42,132 bases of DNA from a virus (Duplodnaviria > Caudoviricetes). The stretch lies in the IMG/VR virus record IMGVR_UViG_3300032076_000020, positions 1 to 42,132 of that record. One strand, 5' to 3'. Positions 17,042-27,318 of this stretch are shown piece by piece. Position 1 is the first letter of the stretch. Every line of letters starts with the position of its first letter. The notes beneath the pieces are model-generated. The model was given only the letters and a program-made list of their open reading frames with translations, had not been told where the DNA came from and did not search any database. The position numbers were made by a program, and so were the translations under genes.

Positions 17042-17065
17042 CTGCCCGGTCTAATCGCCGGGCAG
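17042..17065 (+). other. Stem-loop after the capsid gene (mRNA stabiliser or weak terminator)
   Basis: CTGCCCGG-N8-CCGGGCAG with no U-tract. Confidence 0.5.
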
Positions 17066-17097
17066 CGCTTCAAAAATTCTGAGAACGGAGACGGCCC

Positions 17098-17544
17098 ATG
17101 GCTGCTTATCTTTCAACTGAACTCGGCGGTTCCGCAAACCAGACTTCGGCCCCGGTCGGCTACAAGCCGCGGGCAACGGTCTATGGCGCCCGCTTGAAGA
17201 GACTGCGCGCGAGTTTCGTTTACAACTCGCAGGCCACCACAGACACCTTGGTCGTAGGCAATCTGCCGGCTGGCGCGACGTTCGCGTTCGGCGTTCTTAC
17301 GGCTGATACCTCGTCCGGAACAACTACCCTGGCCATCGGCACTGCGGCTTCAAACGCCAAGTACAAGGCTGCGGCTGCTTTCACGACTACCGACACGCCG
17401 ACCATATTCGGCAAGACGGCAGTGGTGGGAGCTGCGGACCCCGGCCTTACGGCTGAAGAGCAGGTTATCGTGACGCTGGCTGCGGCTGGAGCGCCGGCTT
17501 CCGGCAACCTGGTGGTTGATCTCTACTACAGTATGCCCAACTAG
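17098..17544 (+). CDS. Putative capsid decoration/cement protein
   Basis: 148 aa beta-rich Ala/Thr/Gly protein (LPAGA motif) directly after the capsid gene. Confidence 0.65.
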   Translation: MAAYLSTELGGSANQTSAPVGYKPRATVYGARLKRLRASFVYNSQATTDTLVVGNLPAGATFAFGVLTADTSSGTTTLAIGTAASNAKYKAAAAFTTTDTPTIFGKTAVVGAADPGLTAEEQVIVTLAAAGAPASGNLVVDLYYSMPN

Positions 17545-17605
17545 TTTGGGGAATCGGGAAGGGACCGGGGAGACTCGGTCCTGACCTCGAAAGGGAGGGT
17601 GTGCC

Positions 17606-17794
17606 GTGGCGAACAACTACTACGGTGTCAATGTATCAGACAACGAATATCAAGCGGCTTCCTCCACTTCCTCAAGCACCAGCAAGGATGTGGAGATCGT
17701 CGTCAACAACACAAACGTTACGAGCCGTGAGGCTGCACTTCTCTGCATTGAGAAGCTGTGGAACTTCATCCTCCGCTCGAATTGGCCTCTGTAG
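17606..17794 (+). CDS. Small virion-module protein
   Basis: 62 aa, GGAGG RBS. Confidence 0.65.
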   Translation: MANNYYGVNVSDNEYQAASSTSSSTSKDVEIVVNNTNVTSREAALLCIEKLWNFILRSNWPL

Positions 17795-17833
17795 CAGTGC
17801 GAAAGCTGGGCCTCCTGAGAAGGGGTGAATAGG

Positions 17834-18151
17834 ATGTCAGTGCGCCGAGCGGATGATAACAGCTACACCCTCGCTACCAATGCCTCGGCAACGGGAAGCG
17901 GCGTCAACATTCGGGGTGGCGAGTACATGTTCTGCGTTGACGGAACGGTAGGCGGAGCCACCGTGAGCTTGCAGTTTCTGCTCCCTTCGGGGCAGTGGAG
18001 TGTTGTGAGCGTCTTCAACAGTTCAGCGGTCCAATCAACCACCTTGCCTTATGCGCAGACAGCAATCGATCTTCCGGCCGGCCAGGTTCGCCTGGGTGTC
18101 GCCAGCGGAACACCGTCTGGTCTGAATGCGTCTCTTGTAGGACTCGGTTAA
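17834..18151 (+). CDS. Small beta-rich virion-module protein
   Basis: GTVGGATVSLQ motif; about 105 aa. Confidence 0.65.
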   Translation: MSVRRADDNSYTLATNASATGSGVNIRGGEYMFCVDGTVGGATVSLQFLLPSGQWSVVSVFNSSAVQSTTLPYAQTAIDLPAGQVRLGVASGTPSGLNASLVGLG

Positions 18152-18167
18152 AGAACGGGAGTGGCCC

Positions 18168-18782
18168 ATGGCGCAATCGCAAACGGACATTTGCAATAGC
18201 GCCCTACTCCGCGTAGGCGCGGCAACGATCATGGACATCAGCGACAACTCGCGCGAGGCGCGGGCTTGCGCAGTGAACTTCGATTCCAATCGTCGCGCCG
18301 AACTCCGCAAACGTGCGTGGAATTTTTCGATCAAGCGTGTTGTTCTTGCTCCCAGCTCAGTCACTCCCAACTTTGAATACCAGTACGCATTCCCGCTGCC
18401 CGCGGACTGTATCCGCGTAGTTCTTCCAAAGAATGACCCGTTCCTGGATTGGTCCGTAGAGGGAAGGCAGATCCTAACCAACCTCATGCAGTCTCCGTAC
18501 CTCGGTTGTGGCGCGCAGCCCGCCGTTACGGGACCGGCGCTCTTTCTTCGCTACGTCTCCGACATTGTTGATTGTACGCAGTTCGATCCGCTGTTTTACG
18601 ATCTGCTCTGCATTGCACTGGCGTGCGATCTTTGCGAGCCGCTGACTCAGTCGAATCAGAAAAAGCAGCTCCTGAACGCTGAGTATAGGGATGCGCTCGA
18701 CGCGGCAGCGAAGGCGAAAGCGTTTGAGATGCTTCCGCAGACTCCTGTTGAAGATGACTGGGTGCTCGCGAGGGTGCGGTAA
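18168..18782 (+). CDS. Tail tubular protein A / adaptor (T7 gp11-like)
   Basis: DICNSALLRVG...WNFS...YAFPLPADC...FDPLF. Confidence 0.88.
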   Translation: MAQSQTDICNSALLRVGAATIMDISDNSREARACAVNFDSNRRAELRKRAWNFSIKRVVLAPSSVTPNFEYQYAFPLPADCIRVVLPKNDPFLDWSVEGRQILTNLMQSPYLGCGAQPAVTGPALFLRYVSDIVDCTQFDPLFYDLLCIALACDLCEPLTQSNQKKQLLNAEYRDALDAAAKAKAFEMLPQTPVEDDWVLARVR

Positions 18783-21076
18783 TGCCGCGCGCATCGTGGG
18801 TCCAAACCTCGTTTAACGGTGGCGAATGGTCGCCGCTGGCGCAGGGTCGCGTCGATATTGCCAAGTACAAGAACGGCCTGGCACTCTGCCAGAACTACGT
18901 TCCGTTGGTGCAGGGTGCTTTGACCAGGCGGCCGGGAACACGGTTCGTCGCCGAAGTCAAAGACTCCAGCAAGCCTGTGCGCATGGTGCGTTTCGAGTTC
19001 TCGATCTCCCAGGCTTACCTGCTCGAGTTCGGCCAGGGATACATCCGGTTCTTTACCAATGGTGGACAACTGTTAAGTGGCGGAGTTCCCTACGAGGTCA
19101 CGACTCCTTACGCTGTTTCGGATCCGGACGAACTCTGGGACTTGTCGTTCGCGCAATCTGCCGATGTGCTCTACATTGCGCATCCGAATTATCCCCCTGC
19201 AAAGTTGCAGAGACTCGGCGCTACCAGTTGGACTCTGGCTGGCATTGTTTTTCAGGACGGGCCGTTTCTCCCGTTCAACACGACAGCCACAACACTGACT
19301 CCATCCAGCACCACAGGGACGGTTACGGTTGTGGCTTCCGGAACCACGGGCATCAATAAAGGTTCGGGATTCCAGGCTTCCGATGTTGGCCGGATGCTAC
19401 GCATCAAAACTGGTGGCGTGTGGTTGTGGGGAACGATCGCGAGCGTGGTAAGCACGACACAGATCACGTGGGCTATTGCACCGCCGATTGGAGCGCAACT
19501 TCCGGCGACAGCGCAGGCGATCGCCAACGTTTCTGCCGGCAGCGTGTTCGGTGTGACCGTTACTGATGGTGGATCCGGTTACGGCGCGAGCCCGCCTGCA
19601 GTTACGATTTCCGGTTCTGGCAGCGGTGCGATCGCTTTCGCTTCGGTCACCAACGGCGTTGTAACATCCGTGACCATGTCTGTGACCGGAACGGGGTACG
19701 GTTCGGCGCCTACGGTCATCATCGACGCTCCTACACCGATCGTTCCGAGCACGACTACGTTCTGGCGTTTAGGACTCTGGGGACCGGGTAATTACCCTGC
19801 GTGCGTCTCGTTCAACCAGGACAGACTGGTGTGGGCTGGTTCCTCGGTAGACCCTAGCCGGGTCGATGGGTCGAACGTCTCCGACTACGAGAACATGGCG
19901 CCGACCCAGATCGATGGTACGGTGGTTGATTCGAACGCCATCGGCTTCAGTCTGAATGCCAGCACGATGAACACGATCCGCTGGATGGTGTCGGATGAGT
20001 GGGGGCTGCTCTGCGGCACTGCCGGTGGAGAATGGGTTGTGGCGCCGAGCAATTTGCAGCAGGCGATTACACCCACGAATATCAACGCGAAGCAGACAAC
20101 GAGTTACGGTGTAGCCCCAGTGGCCGCCATTCGCGTGGGCAAGAGCACCCTGTTTGTCCAGCGCACTGGGCGCAAGTTGCGCGAGATGACGTACCAGTAT
20201 GTCATCAACACCTTCCAGGCTCCGGATATCTCGCTTGTATCCGAGCACCTGACCGAGACGGGGATCAAGCAGATTGCCGTGGCGTTGGCCCCGCACCAGC
20301 AGCTTTGGCTTATCCGCAATGACGGAATGCTGGTCGGTATTGCGTATGACAAGGATCAGGAGTGCGTCGGCTGGCATCGGCACACTATCGGCGGTTCGGC
20401 TGTAGTAGAAAGCATTGCCGCAATTCCGTCATCCGATGCGACGCGAGATGAACTCTGGCTGGTGGCAAAGCGCACGATCGATGGCGTGACGAGGCGCTAC
20501 GTCGAGGTAATGACGAAGTACTGGGAAGACGGGGACCAGGTTAAGTACGGAGTGTTCCTTGACTCAAGTGCTCAATATGACGGTCCACTCACCACAACTG
20601 TTACAGGTTTGACGTGGCTCAAGAACACGGTGGTCGGAGTTCTTGCCGATGGGGCGACTCATCCAGACTGCACCGTGGATGGTACAGGTCAAATTACTTT
20701 GACCCGGCAGGCCAGTGTGGTGCAGGTAGGTCTGAAGTATTCAAGCAATGGGAAGACGCTGCGCATCGAAGCCGGTGGCGCAGATGGGCCGGCGCAGGGT
20801 AAGTACAAGCGCATTCATCGTGTCATCTTCCGGTTCTTCCAGACGGTTGGACATACGTTGACCACGATGGTAAACGGAGTTCCTGCTATCCCTGAGCCAT
20901 TCAGAGATTCATCAATGGCCATGGATCAGTCGGTTGGGTTATTCAGCGGTGACAAGCGCTGGAGTTACGAAGGCTCTTACGACTTGGAAGGTCAGGTTTC
21001 ATGGCAGCAGGATGATCCACTCCCCAGCAACATAACGCTGCTGGCAGCACAGCTCGAGACACAGGACGGTGGATGA
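18782..21076 (+). CDS. Tail tubular protein B / nozzle (T7 gp12-like)
   Basis: SFNGGEWSP...GRVD, LEFGQGYIRF, QSADV, YPACVSF..DRL, GWHRH, FLDS. Confidence 0.9.
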   Translation: MPRASWVQTSFNGGEWSPLAQGRVDIAKYKNGLALCQNYVPLVQGALTRRPGTRFVAEVKDSSKPVRMVRFEFSISQAYLLEFGQGYIRFFTNGGQLLSGGVPYEVTTPYAVSDPDELWDLSFAQSADVLYIAHPNYPPAKLQRLGATSWTLAGIVFQDGPFLPFNTTATTLTPSSTTGTVTVVASGTTGINKGSGFQASDVGRMLRIKTGGVWLWGTIASVVSTTQITWAIAPPIGAQLPATAQAIANVSAGSVFGVTVTDGGSGYGASPPAVTISGSGSGAIAFASVTNGVVTSVTMSVTGTGYGSAPTVIIDAPTPIVPSTTTFWRLGLWGPGNYPACVSFNQDRLVWAGSSVDPSRVDGSNVSDYENMAPTQIDGTVVDSNAIGFSLNASTMNTIRWMVSDEWGLLCGTAGGEWVVAPSNLQQAITPTNINAKQTTSYGVAPVAAIRVGKSTLFVQRTGRKLREMTYQYVINTFQAPDISLVSEHLTETGIKQIAVALAPHQQLWLIRNDGMLVGIAYDKDQECVGWHRHTIGGSAVVESIAAIPSSDATRDELWLVAKRTIDGVTRRYVEVMTKYWEDGDQVKYGVFLDSSAQYDGPLTTTVTGLTWLKNTVVGVLADGATHPDCTVDGTGQITLTRQASVVQVGLKYSSNGKTLRIEAGGADGPAQGKYKRIHRVIFRFFQTVGHTLTTMVNGVPAIPEPFRDSSMAMDQSVGLFSGDKRWSYEGSYDLEGQVSWQQDDPLPSNITLLAAQLETQDGG

Positions 21077-21495
21077 ACGTAGTGCCTTACAAAGCGGAAC
21101 ATCTCCTGGCCATGCAATTGCAGCCTGGGCAGGCGCATTACTCTTCGTGGGTCACGGAGGAGTACGCGAAATCGCTTGAAAGCCAATATGCCTTCACTGC
21201 CCTGGTCGAGGATTACCCGATGCTGGTCGGTGGCGTGGTCGAGTTATGGGAGAACCGGGCGCTGCTCTGGTCGTTCATCGATCGCCAGGCGGGCAAACAT
21301 TTCGTCGGCATCCATCGTGGCGTACTTCAGTTTCTTGATATGCTCCCATACCGCCGCATTGAAGCCGAATGCGATTGTGATTTTGCACAGGGTCATCGGT
21401 GGTTGAAGAAGTTGGGATTTGAACTTGAAGCCAAGCGGATGCGCGCATTCCGTGTGGATGGTGGAGACAGCGCACTTTACTCGAGGGTGAAATAG
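21073..21495 (+). CDS. GNAT-like protein at the T7 gp13 position
   Basis: RRIEAEC...HRWLKKLGFELE...DGGD; synteny. Confidence 0.75.
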   Translation: MNVVPYKAEHLLAMQLQPGQAHYSSWVTEEYAKSLESQYAFTALVEDYPMLVGGVVELWENRALLWSFIDRQAGKHFVGIHRGVLQFLDMLPYRRIEAECDCDFAQGHRWLKKLGFELEAKRMRAFRVDGGDSALYSRVK

Positions 21496-21496
21496 C

Positions 21497-22000
21497 ATGG
21501 CGCCGATTCTTGTGGCATTGCCGCTGATCATGACCGCAGCCTCATCTGCGACCGCTGCTATCGGCGCAGTGCGGTCTGCGCAGGCGCAGCAGGCGAGCGC
21601 TAACTACAACGCTGAGATTGCGAAGCAGAATGCCGATGCGGCTCGGGCTCAAGGTGAGGCTGCCGTGCAGGCGCAGCAGCGTGATGCCCAACGGAAACAA
21701 GGTTCGGCTATAGCTACTTTCGGTGCGGCGGGAGTCGATGCGTCAACCGGATCTCCGTCAGATGTTCTAGCGGACAGCACGCGCGAAGCCACGCTGGATT
21801 CCATGACCACTCGTTACAACTATCAGCTTCGGTCCCTTGGATACAGCGACCAGAGTCAGCTCGATACCGCGCAAGGTAAGAACGCGATGTCTGCCGGCTG
21901 GGTGAACGCGACATCGGACATTCTTGCCGGGGCTACCAAGTTCTACGAGTACGGGCAGGACACATACGGTTGGGGAAAGAAGCCAAATGCCTCGAATTGA
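21497..22000 (+). CDS. Internal virion / ejection protein (gp14-like)
   Basis: Ala/Gln-rich; GAAGVDASTGSP motif. Confidence 0.8.
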   Translation: MAPILVALPLIMTAASSATAAIGAVRSAQAQQASANYNAEIAKQNADAARAQGEAAVQAQQRDAQRKQGSAIATFGAAGVDASTGSPSDVLADSTREATLDSMTTRYNYQLRSLGYSDQSQLDTAQGKNAMSAGWVNATSDILAGATKFYEYGQDTYGWGKKPNASN

Positions 22001-23975
22001 CACATATACCGACCAGGCACTGCCGCAGGGTGGCGTTAACGCGCAGTCCAACCCTGCTGACTTCGGCGCGCAGATGGGGCAAGCCTGGCAGAACATGGCT
22101 GATGCCGTTCAAGGTGTCGGTGAGCAAGTCCAGCGCTTCAACGATACCGAAGATGTGACCAACGTCCACGTCAACATGGCGAAAGCCCGGGCCGAGTGGA
22201 CGAAAACGATGCAAGATCGCGCCAACCAGGCGCAGCCCGGGGATGACACTTTCGCGCCAACGCTCATGAAGGATATGGGCGACTACTTCCAGAAGTTCGG
22301 TGATTCTGTAAAGACGCGAGCTGGCCGGAAGGCATTCGACGTTTTATCCGCGAACATGGTTTCGGAGTTCGGTGTTCGCGCTATCGACATACAGGGTGAC
22401 CTGGCCGCCAGGGATGCGGTCAACAAAGCTGATCTGCTCGAGAAGTCTGTTGGGTCTACGGTGTTTCAGGATCCTTCGCAGCTTACTACCGCGATAGCGC
22501 AGGGCAAAGCGGCAATCGATGACCCGAACGGGATGTTCGCGAGAGTCCCGCAGACTACGCGCGACCAGTTCAAAATAAAACTTGAGCAGCAGGCTAACTG
22601 GGCTGCGGCTAAGGGATACGTGCAGAACCATCCGGAGCAGGTTCTCGCGTCGATGGATCCGACCGTGCTTGCAGAGTTTCAGCCGGCGTGGAAAATCATT
22701 GATGCGGGCAAAGCCCCCGGTGGCGTGGTTACGGTCAGTGATGCAACAAAAGCTATCGCTCCGCAGGCAGTGACTGCCGCTGCCCAGAAAGGCGTAAACC
22801 CGAACATCCTTCTGGCGCAACTGGACACGTCGAGCGCTCCGAATCCAACACAGCAAGCGGCTTCCCTGTCTGCCCTGTTATCGAAGTATGCCGGCGATTA
22901 CACGAAAGCGGTGGCTGCCTCGAGCATCGGTGCTCCTGCTCTTGATCAGATTCTCTCCCGTTGGGGAGACGGATGGCAGGCTCATTTGCCAACGGATGCT
23001 TCCGACTACGTTCAGCGAGTCATGAAGAGTTCGGGCATGGTCGCTGACCCTAATGCGCAGCCGGTGGCCGTGCAACCCGTTCAGCCTGTAAGCAGAGCAT
23101 CGGTTGATTCTTCCCTGCCCTTTCTTAAGAACCTGTCTTTTGAGCAGCAGGATCAGATCGTCGGTGACGCAGTTCAGCTACAGAACATGCGGATGTCCAT
23201 GGCGCATCGGGCGCAAGAGGACGCTGATTACCAACTCAACAAGAAGCGCGATCTTGTTACCGATGGGTTCATGCAGCGCATTATCGATCCCAAAACTCAC
23301 GGTGGTACGCCGACAGACCGAGAGATCGTGGACGATCCAACGCTTTCATGGCAGGAGAAGCAGCACCTGGTCGATTACAAGATGCAGCGCTCGCGTGAGT
23401 TGAACGACGCTGCGAACAGATCGCATCCCGGTGAAGTACGGCGCCTGCTGTTGCAGATTCACGCTGCCGATACCGATCCGACAAAGACTTACAACATGGA
23501 CCCGGTGATGGACAGCCTTCGCCGTGGTGGAATCTCCGGTAGTGAGTACGCCTTTCTGCGCCAGGAAGTCGAGCAGATGCGGGACGGAACCGGCAGCAAT
23601 TTTGGGAAGCTGATACAAAGCGCGCGAGAGAAAGCCTACGGCACGTTCGTGCGCTCCTTTGAAGCTACCCTGCCCGGTGGCGCAACCCAGGCGAACGATG
23701 CTTACTATCGGTTCACGGTTGATCTGAACAACGCGATCGACGCGAAGCGCCGGGAAAATAAAGACCCAAGTGTTCTTCTAACTCCGGGTTCCAGCGAATA
23801 CCAGCTTTCTCCGGAGAACCTGCAACGCTATTGGCCGAACGCCGCATCGCTCATGGCGCAGCAAGCCCACAAAACAGTTAACACCACGAACCTTCCAACC
23901 ATGGCGCAGTACGCCAACTTGAAGAAAGGGGACTCGTACCTGGACGACCGAGGGAACGTACGAGTGAAACAGTGA
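21987..23975 (+). CDS. Internal virion / ejection protein (gp15-like) with a degenerate SLT-like domain
   Basis: Start MPRIDTY; helical; central AAAQKGVNPNILLAQ...KYAGDYTKAVAA...LPTDASDYVQRV. Confidence 0.8.
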   Translation: MPRIDTYTDQALPQGGVNAQSNPADFGAQMGQAWQNMADAVQGVGEQVQRFNDTEDVTNVHVNMAKARAEWTKTMQDRANQAQPGDDTFAPTLMKDMGDYFQKFGDSVKTRAGRKAFDVLSANMVSEFGVRAIDIQGDLAARDAVNKADLLEKSVGSTVFQDPSQLTTAIAQGKAAIDDPNGMFARVPQTTRDQFKIKLEQQANWAAAKGYVQNHPEQVLASMDPTVLAEFQPAWKIIDAGKAPGGVVTVSDATKAIAPQAVTAAAQKGVNPNILLAQLDTSSAPNPTQQAASLSALLSKYAGDYTKAVAASSIGAPALDQILSRWGDGWQAHLPTDASDYVQRVMKSSGMVADPNAQPVAVQPVQPVSRASVDSSLPFLKNLSFEQQDQIVGDAVQLQNMRMSMAHRAQEDADYQLNKKRDLVTDGFMQRIIDPKTHGGTPTDREIVDDPTLSWQEKQHLVDYKMQRSRELNDAANRSHPGEVRRLLLQIHAADTDPTKTYNMDPVMDSLRRGGISGSEYAFLRQEVEQMRDGTGSNFGKLIQSAREKAYGTFVRSFEATLPGGATQANDAYYRFTVDLNNAIDAKRRENKDPSVLLTPGSSEYQLSPENLQRYWPNAASLMAQQAHKTVNTTNLPTMAQYANLKKGDSYLDDRGNVRVKQ

Positions 23976-23976
23976 T

Positions 23977-26900
23977 ATGGGTTGGCAGGATGATCCGATC
24001 GTAACGCCGGCAACCGGAAGTTCACCGCATCCGTGGGATAACGACCCCATCGTCTACTCTCCATCCGATTCCGGCTATCACCCGAAAGCAGCCAGCAGTC
24101 TGCTCGATTACGCGCAAGCTGGGTGGCAAGGATCAGCCACAGGCTTGTGGATCAGGGGCAAGTTGCCTGACGTGGTGCTCGATCCGCAGCACAGCAAGTG
24201 GTACGAGAAACTGGCCGCCAGCGCAACGCAGATGGCATCCGAGCTTCCGGAGATGATTACCGGCGGGCTGGCTGGTGCGGCTGCCGGTGGGGCTGCTGGC
24301 TCAGAAGTTCCAGTGGTCGGTAACGTGGTCGGCGCAGCGGTAGGTGGCGGGGCTGGAGCATTCGCAGTTCCGACCGCGATCCGCACAGCGTTGGCCCAGG
24401 CTTACGAGTCAAAGCAGGCAGTGAACTCCGCAGACTTTCTCTCGCGCGCCAAGATCGTTCTGAAGGCGACGGGAAAGGATGCGCTGATCGGCGCACTCAC
24501 AGGTGGAGTTGGAAAGGCTGCCAAGTTAGCCACCCCGCTCATCGGTGAGACGGGTGTGAAGGTAGCAACCCCCCTCGCAGAACTCGGCACGATCACGGTT
24601 GCGCCGGCAGCGCTCGAGGGTCGCTTACCTGAACCTGAAGACTTCATGAATGCCGCCATTCTGATGGTTGGGTTCAAGAGTGCAGAACTGGCAGCCGGTC
24701 GCCTGCGCAACGTGTACGCGAAAACAGGAATTCGGCCAGAGCAGGTATTGTCCGATGCGCAGAAGAATCCGGAGATCGCACAGGATCTGACCGCTGCGCC
24801 TGAGAAGTTGATGGACGCGCTGGATGCCGCACCGGAAGCTACACCGGAAGAAAAGGCTGCGGGAATGGTCGGCGAAATTCCCCGTGCCTACGACGATGCC
24901 GCACGCGAAACCAATGCGGAGGATGCCGTCTCCGGTGAGAAGCTTAAATCAGTCGTAGAGCAACCCTTCGGCCCGGTGACTCAGGTTGCCGGGGAACCCG
25001 CACGCCCAACCGAAGTCAATTACAACTACATCAACACGCCGGATGACGCGAATGCTGCGATGTCCCGGTTGTCCACAGTTTACGAATCAGAAATCCAGAC
25101 TCAACGCCGCGGGACGGTGACGTGGGAGCAGACGCAGCATGAAGCCGGGGCATGGATTGCTGACCAGCTCGGCTCGACTGAACCCTTCCAGCCACGCGAA
25201 CCCGGCACTCCTGCAGGCGCAGCGGAGCTTTTGGCGCGCAAACAGATGCTGCAAGGTGCTGCCGAAGACATGGCCACCAAGGCGCGCGCCTTTCTGGAGA
25301 CGCCTGAAACTGAGCGGACTCCGGAGCAGACAGCCGAGTTCCTGGCCAGCATTGATCGTGCAGCCATGATCCAGGCTGAATTCCTCGGCGCGAGAGCTGA
25401 AGCCGGTCGCGCGCTCAACATCCTTAAGGAAACGAGAGTTGCCGCAGAACGCGCGCAGCAGATCCGCGATCTGATCTCCCGGTTCGGTAAAAAGCCCGAA
25501 CAACTGGCGGCCATGCTGGCTGAGATCGATAACCCTGCCGGCGCTCTCAGGTTTGCCAAGGATGCGGTAAAGGCGACCACGTGGGACAAGATGATCGAAG
25601 TGTGGAAGGCCGGATTGGTATCCGGTCCTGTGACGCACGTCGCCAATGTTTTGAGCAACGTTTCGTTTGCGGCTATGCGCCCGGTGGTCGATGCCGTGGC
25701 TGCGGGCTTCAACGTGGTAGGGCGTTCTGCTGAAGGCGCCCATTACATGGAGCCATTCGCGCGCATTGTCGGCAATCTGCAGGGAGTGATGGACGGTCTG
25801 CGGGGCGCGCGGGACGCTTTTATGACGGATGTCAACGTCCCCGGTAAAGCAGAATCGGGTGGCGCAATCCCCGGCAGACTGGGCTACGTCATCCGGACTC
25901 CTTTCCGCGCACTGCAGGCGATGGACGTTGTATCGCGCTCGATGGCTGAAAGCGGCGAAGCCTATACGATCGCTACTCGCCAGGCTGCGAAGGAAGGGCT
26001 CAATCCTCTTTCAAGAGAATTCCGCGAGCGTACAGCCGAACTAGCAATGAACGGTCTTTCCGCCGCGCAGGCTGAATTCGCTGAGAAGGAAGCTGCGCGC
26101 CTGGTCTTCCAGGCTCCGTTGGGCGAACCGGGCCGAGCGGTCCAGAACTTCGTCAAGCAGTGGCATCTCGAGTGGGCTGTGCCCTTCATCCGCACTCCGC
26201 TCAACATCTTCAAAGAAATGGCTCGCCTGTCGCCGGCAGCCCCGGTGGTCGGTGAGTGGCGCGAAGCTGTGGGAAAAGGTGGATCAGAAGCGCAAAGGGC
26301 GTTCGCTGAAATGGCCGTAGGCACTGCGATCTCTGCCATGGCGTCGAGCTGGGCAATGTCCGGAAACATCTCGGGCGCCGGTGATCCGGATCCAAGCAAA
26401 CGCCGCGCCATGCAGGCATCAGGCTGGCAGCCGTATTCGATCAAGATCAACGACAAGTGGTATTCGTACCAGCGTCTTCAACCCGTGGGCTCGCTGATCG
26501 GGATGTCTGCCGATATGTCCGAAGCCTGGGAGTACATGAGCGAAGGCGAGCGTGACAAGTTGCCGAAGATCCTTGCCACCGCTTTCTCGAATGCCGTGAC
26601 CAGCCAAACCTTCCTGTCAGGCATGACAACGCTGGTTCAGGTGATGGCTGATCCCACACGCTACGGTCCTACCTTCCTGAATCAGCTCGCCGGCTCCGTT
26701 GTTCCTGCCCTGGTCGGACAGACAGCGCAGCTTACAGATCCATACGTTCGGGAAATCAACAGCGTCAGGGAAGCGATTCAGAACCGGATCCCCGGCCTGC
26801 GTGAGAAGCTGATGCCCAGTCGGGATATCTTTGGCGAGCCTGTTGCCAATCCGGATCGGGTTGGGGGCATATCTCCCATCACGGAGAAAACCATCTCCAA

Positions 26901-27264
26901 CGATCCGGTGCGGCAGGAAGCAGCACGGCTCGGGGTGGGTAACCCGGAGGCGCCGAAGTCGGTACATCTGCCGTCCAAGGGTGACAACAAGATCGGCCAG
27001 GTCCAATTGACTCCGGAGCAGCGGGACGTATTCGGCACGGAATCCGGCCAAATGGCGCACGAACTGCTCGGAACCATCATGTCATCTTCCGGTTACGCCG
27101 AGATGCCTGACTACTTCAAGACCCAGGTTTTCAAGCAGGTATTCGAGAAGGCGAATTCGTGGGGAAAGTACAAGGCTCTTCCCGAAGCCGAGTTGCAGTC
27201 GGAATCGGAGCGGATCATCACGGCGATTCAGCAGAAAATGGGTGAGGCTCCGCACGTCCAGTAG
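23977..27264 (+). CDS. Large internal virion / ejection protein (gp16-like)
   Basis: 1095 aa; Gly/Ala-rich hydrophobic stretch; PFIRTPLNI, GWQPYSIKI...SYQRLQP, RDIFGEP. Confidence 0.82.
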   Translation: MGWQDDPIVTPATGSSPHPWDNDPIVYSPSDSGYHPKAASSLLDYAQAGWQGSATGLWIRGKLPDVVLDPQHSKWYEKLAASATQMASELPEMITGGLAGAAAGGAAGSEVPVVGNVVGAAVGGGAGAFAVPTAIRTALAQAYESKQAVNSADFLSRAKIVLKATGKDALIGALTGGVGKAAKLATPLIGETGVKVATPLAELGTITVAPAALEGRLPEPEDFMNAAILMVGFKSAELAAGRLRNVYAKTGIRPEQVLSDAQKNPEIAQDLTAAPEKLMDALDAAPEATPEEKAAGMVGEIPRAYDDAARETNAEDAVSGEKLKSVVEQPFGPVTQVAGEPARPTEVNYNYINTPDDANAAMSRLSTVYESEIQTQRRGTVTWEQTQHEAGAWIADQLGSTEPFQPREPGTPAGAAELLARKQMLQGAAEDMATKARAFLETPETERTPEQTAEFLASIDRAAMIQAEFLGARAEAGRALNILKETRVAAERAQQIRDLISRFGKKPEQLAAMLAEIDNPAGALRFAKDAVKATTWDKMIEVWKAGLVSGPVTHVANVLSNVSFAAMRPVVDAVAAGFNVVGRSAEGAHYMEPFARIVGNLQGVMDGLRGARDAFMTDVNVPGKAESGGAIPGRLGYVIRTPFRALQAMDVVSRSMAESGEAYTIATRQAAKEGLNPLSREFRERTAELAMNGLSAAQAEFAEKEAARLVFQAPLGEPGRAVQNFVKQWHLEWAVPFIRTPLNIFKEMARLSPAAPVVGEWREAVGKGGSEAQRAFAEMAVGTAISAMASSWAMSGNISGAGDPDPSKRRAMQASGWQPYSIKINDKWYSYQRLQPVGSLIGMSADMSEAWEYMSEGERDKLPKILATAFSNAVTSQTFLSGMTTLVQVMADPTRYGPTFLNQLAGSVVPALVGQTAQLTDPYVREINSVREAIQNRIPGLREKLMPSRDIFGEPVANPDRVGGISPITEKTISNDPVRQEAARLGVGNPEAPKSVHLPSKGDNKIGQVQLTPEQRDVFGTESGQMAHELLGTIMSSSGYAEMPDYFKTQVFKQVFEKANSWGKYKALPEAELQSESERIITAIQQKMGEAPHVQ

Positions 27265-27294
27265 GTTGTGGAAATCTAAACGTGTTGCGATAAT
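27265..27294 (+). promoter_or_regulatory. Candidate late promoter of the tail-fibre operon
   Basis: TTGTGG-N17-GATAAT with TG extension; paralogous to 12628-12657. Confidence 0.6.
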
Positions 27295-27318
27295 GTAAGC
27301 GCACGGGAATGAGGTAAG

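Noticed and set aside
12677-27264. Assignment to Autographiviridae
   Set aside because: The virion module is T7-like, but there is no single-subunit RNA polymerase and the phage has an integrase and repressor
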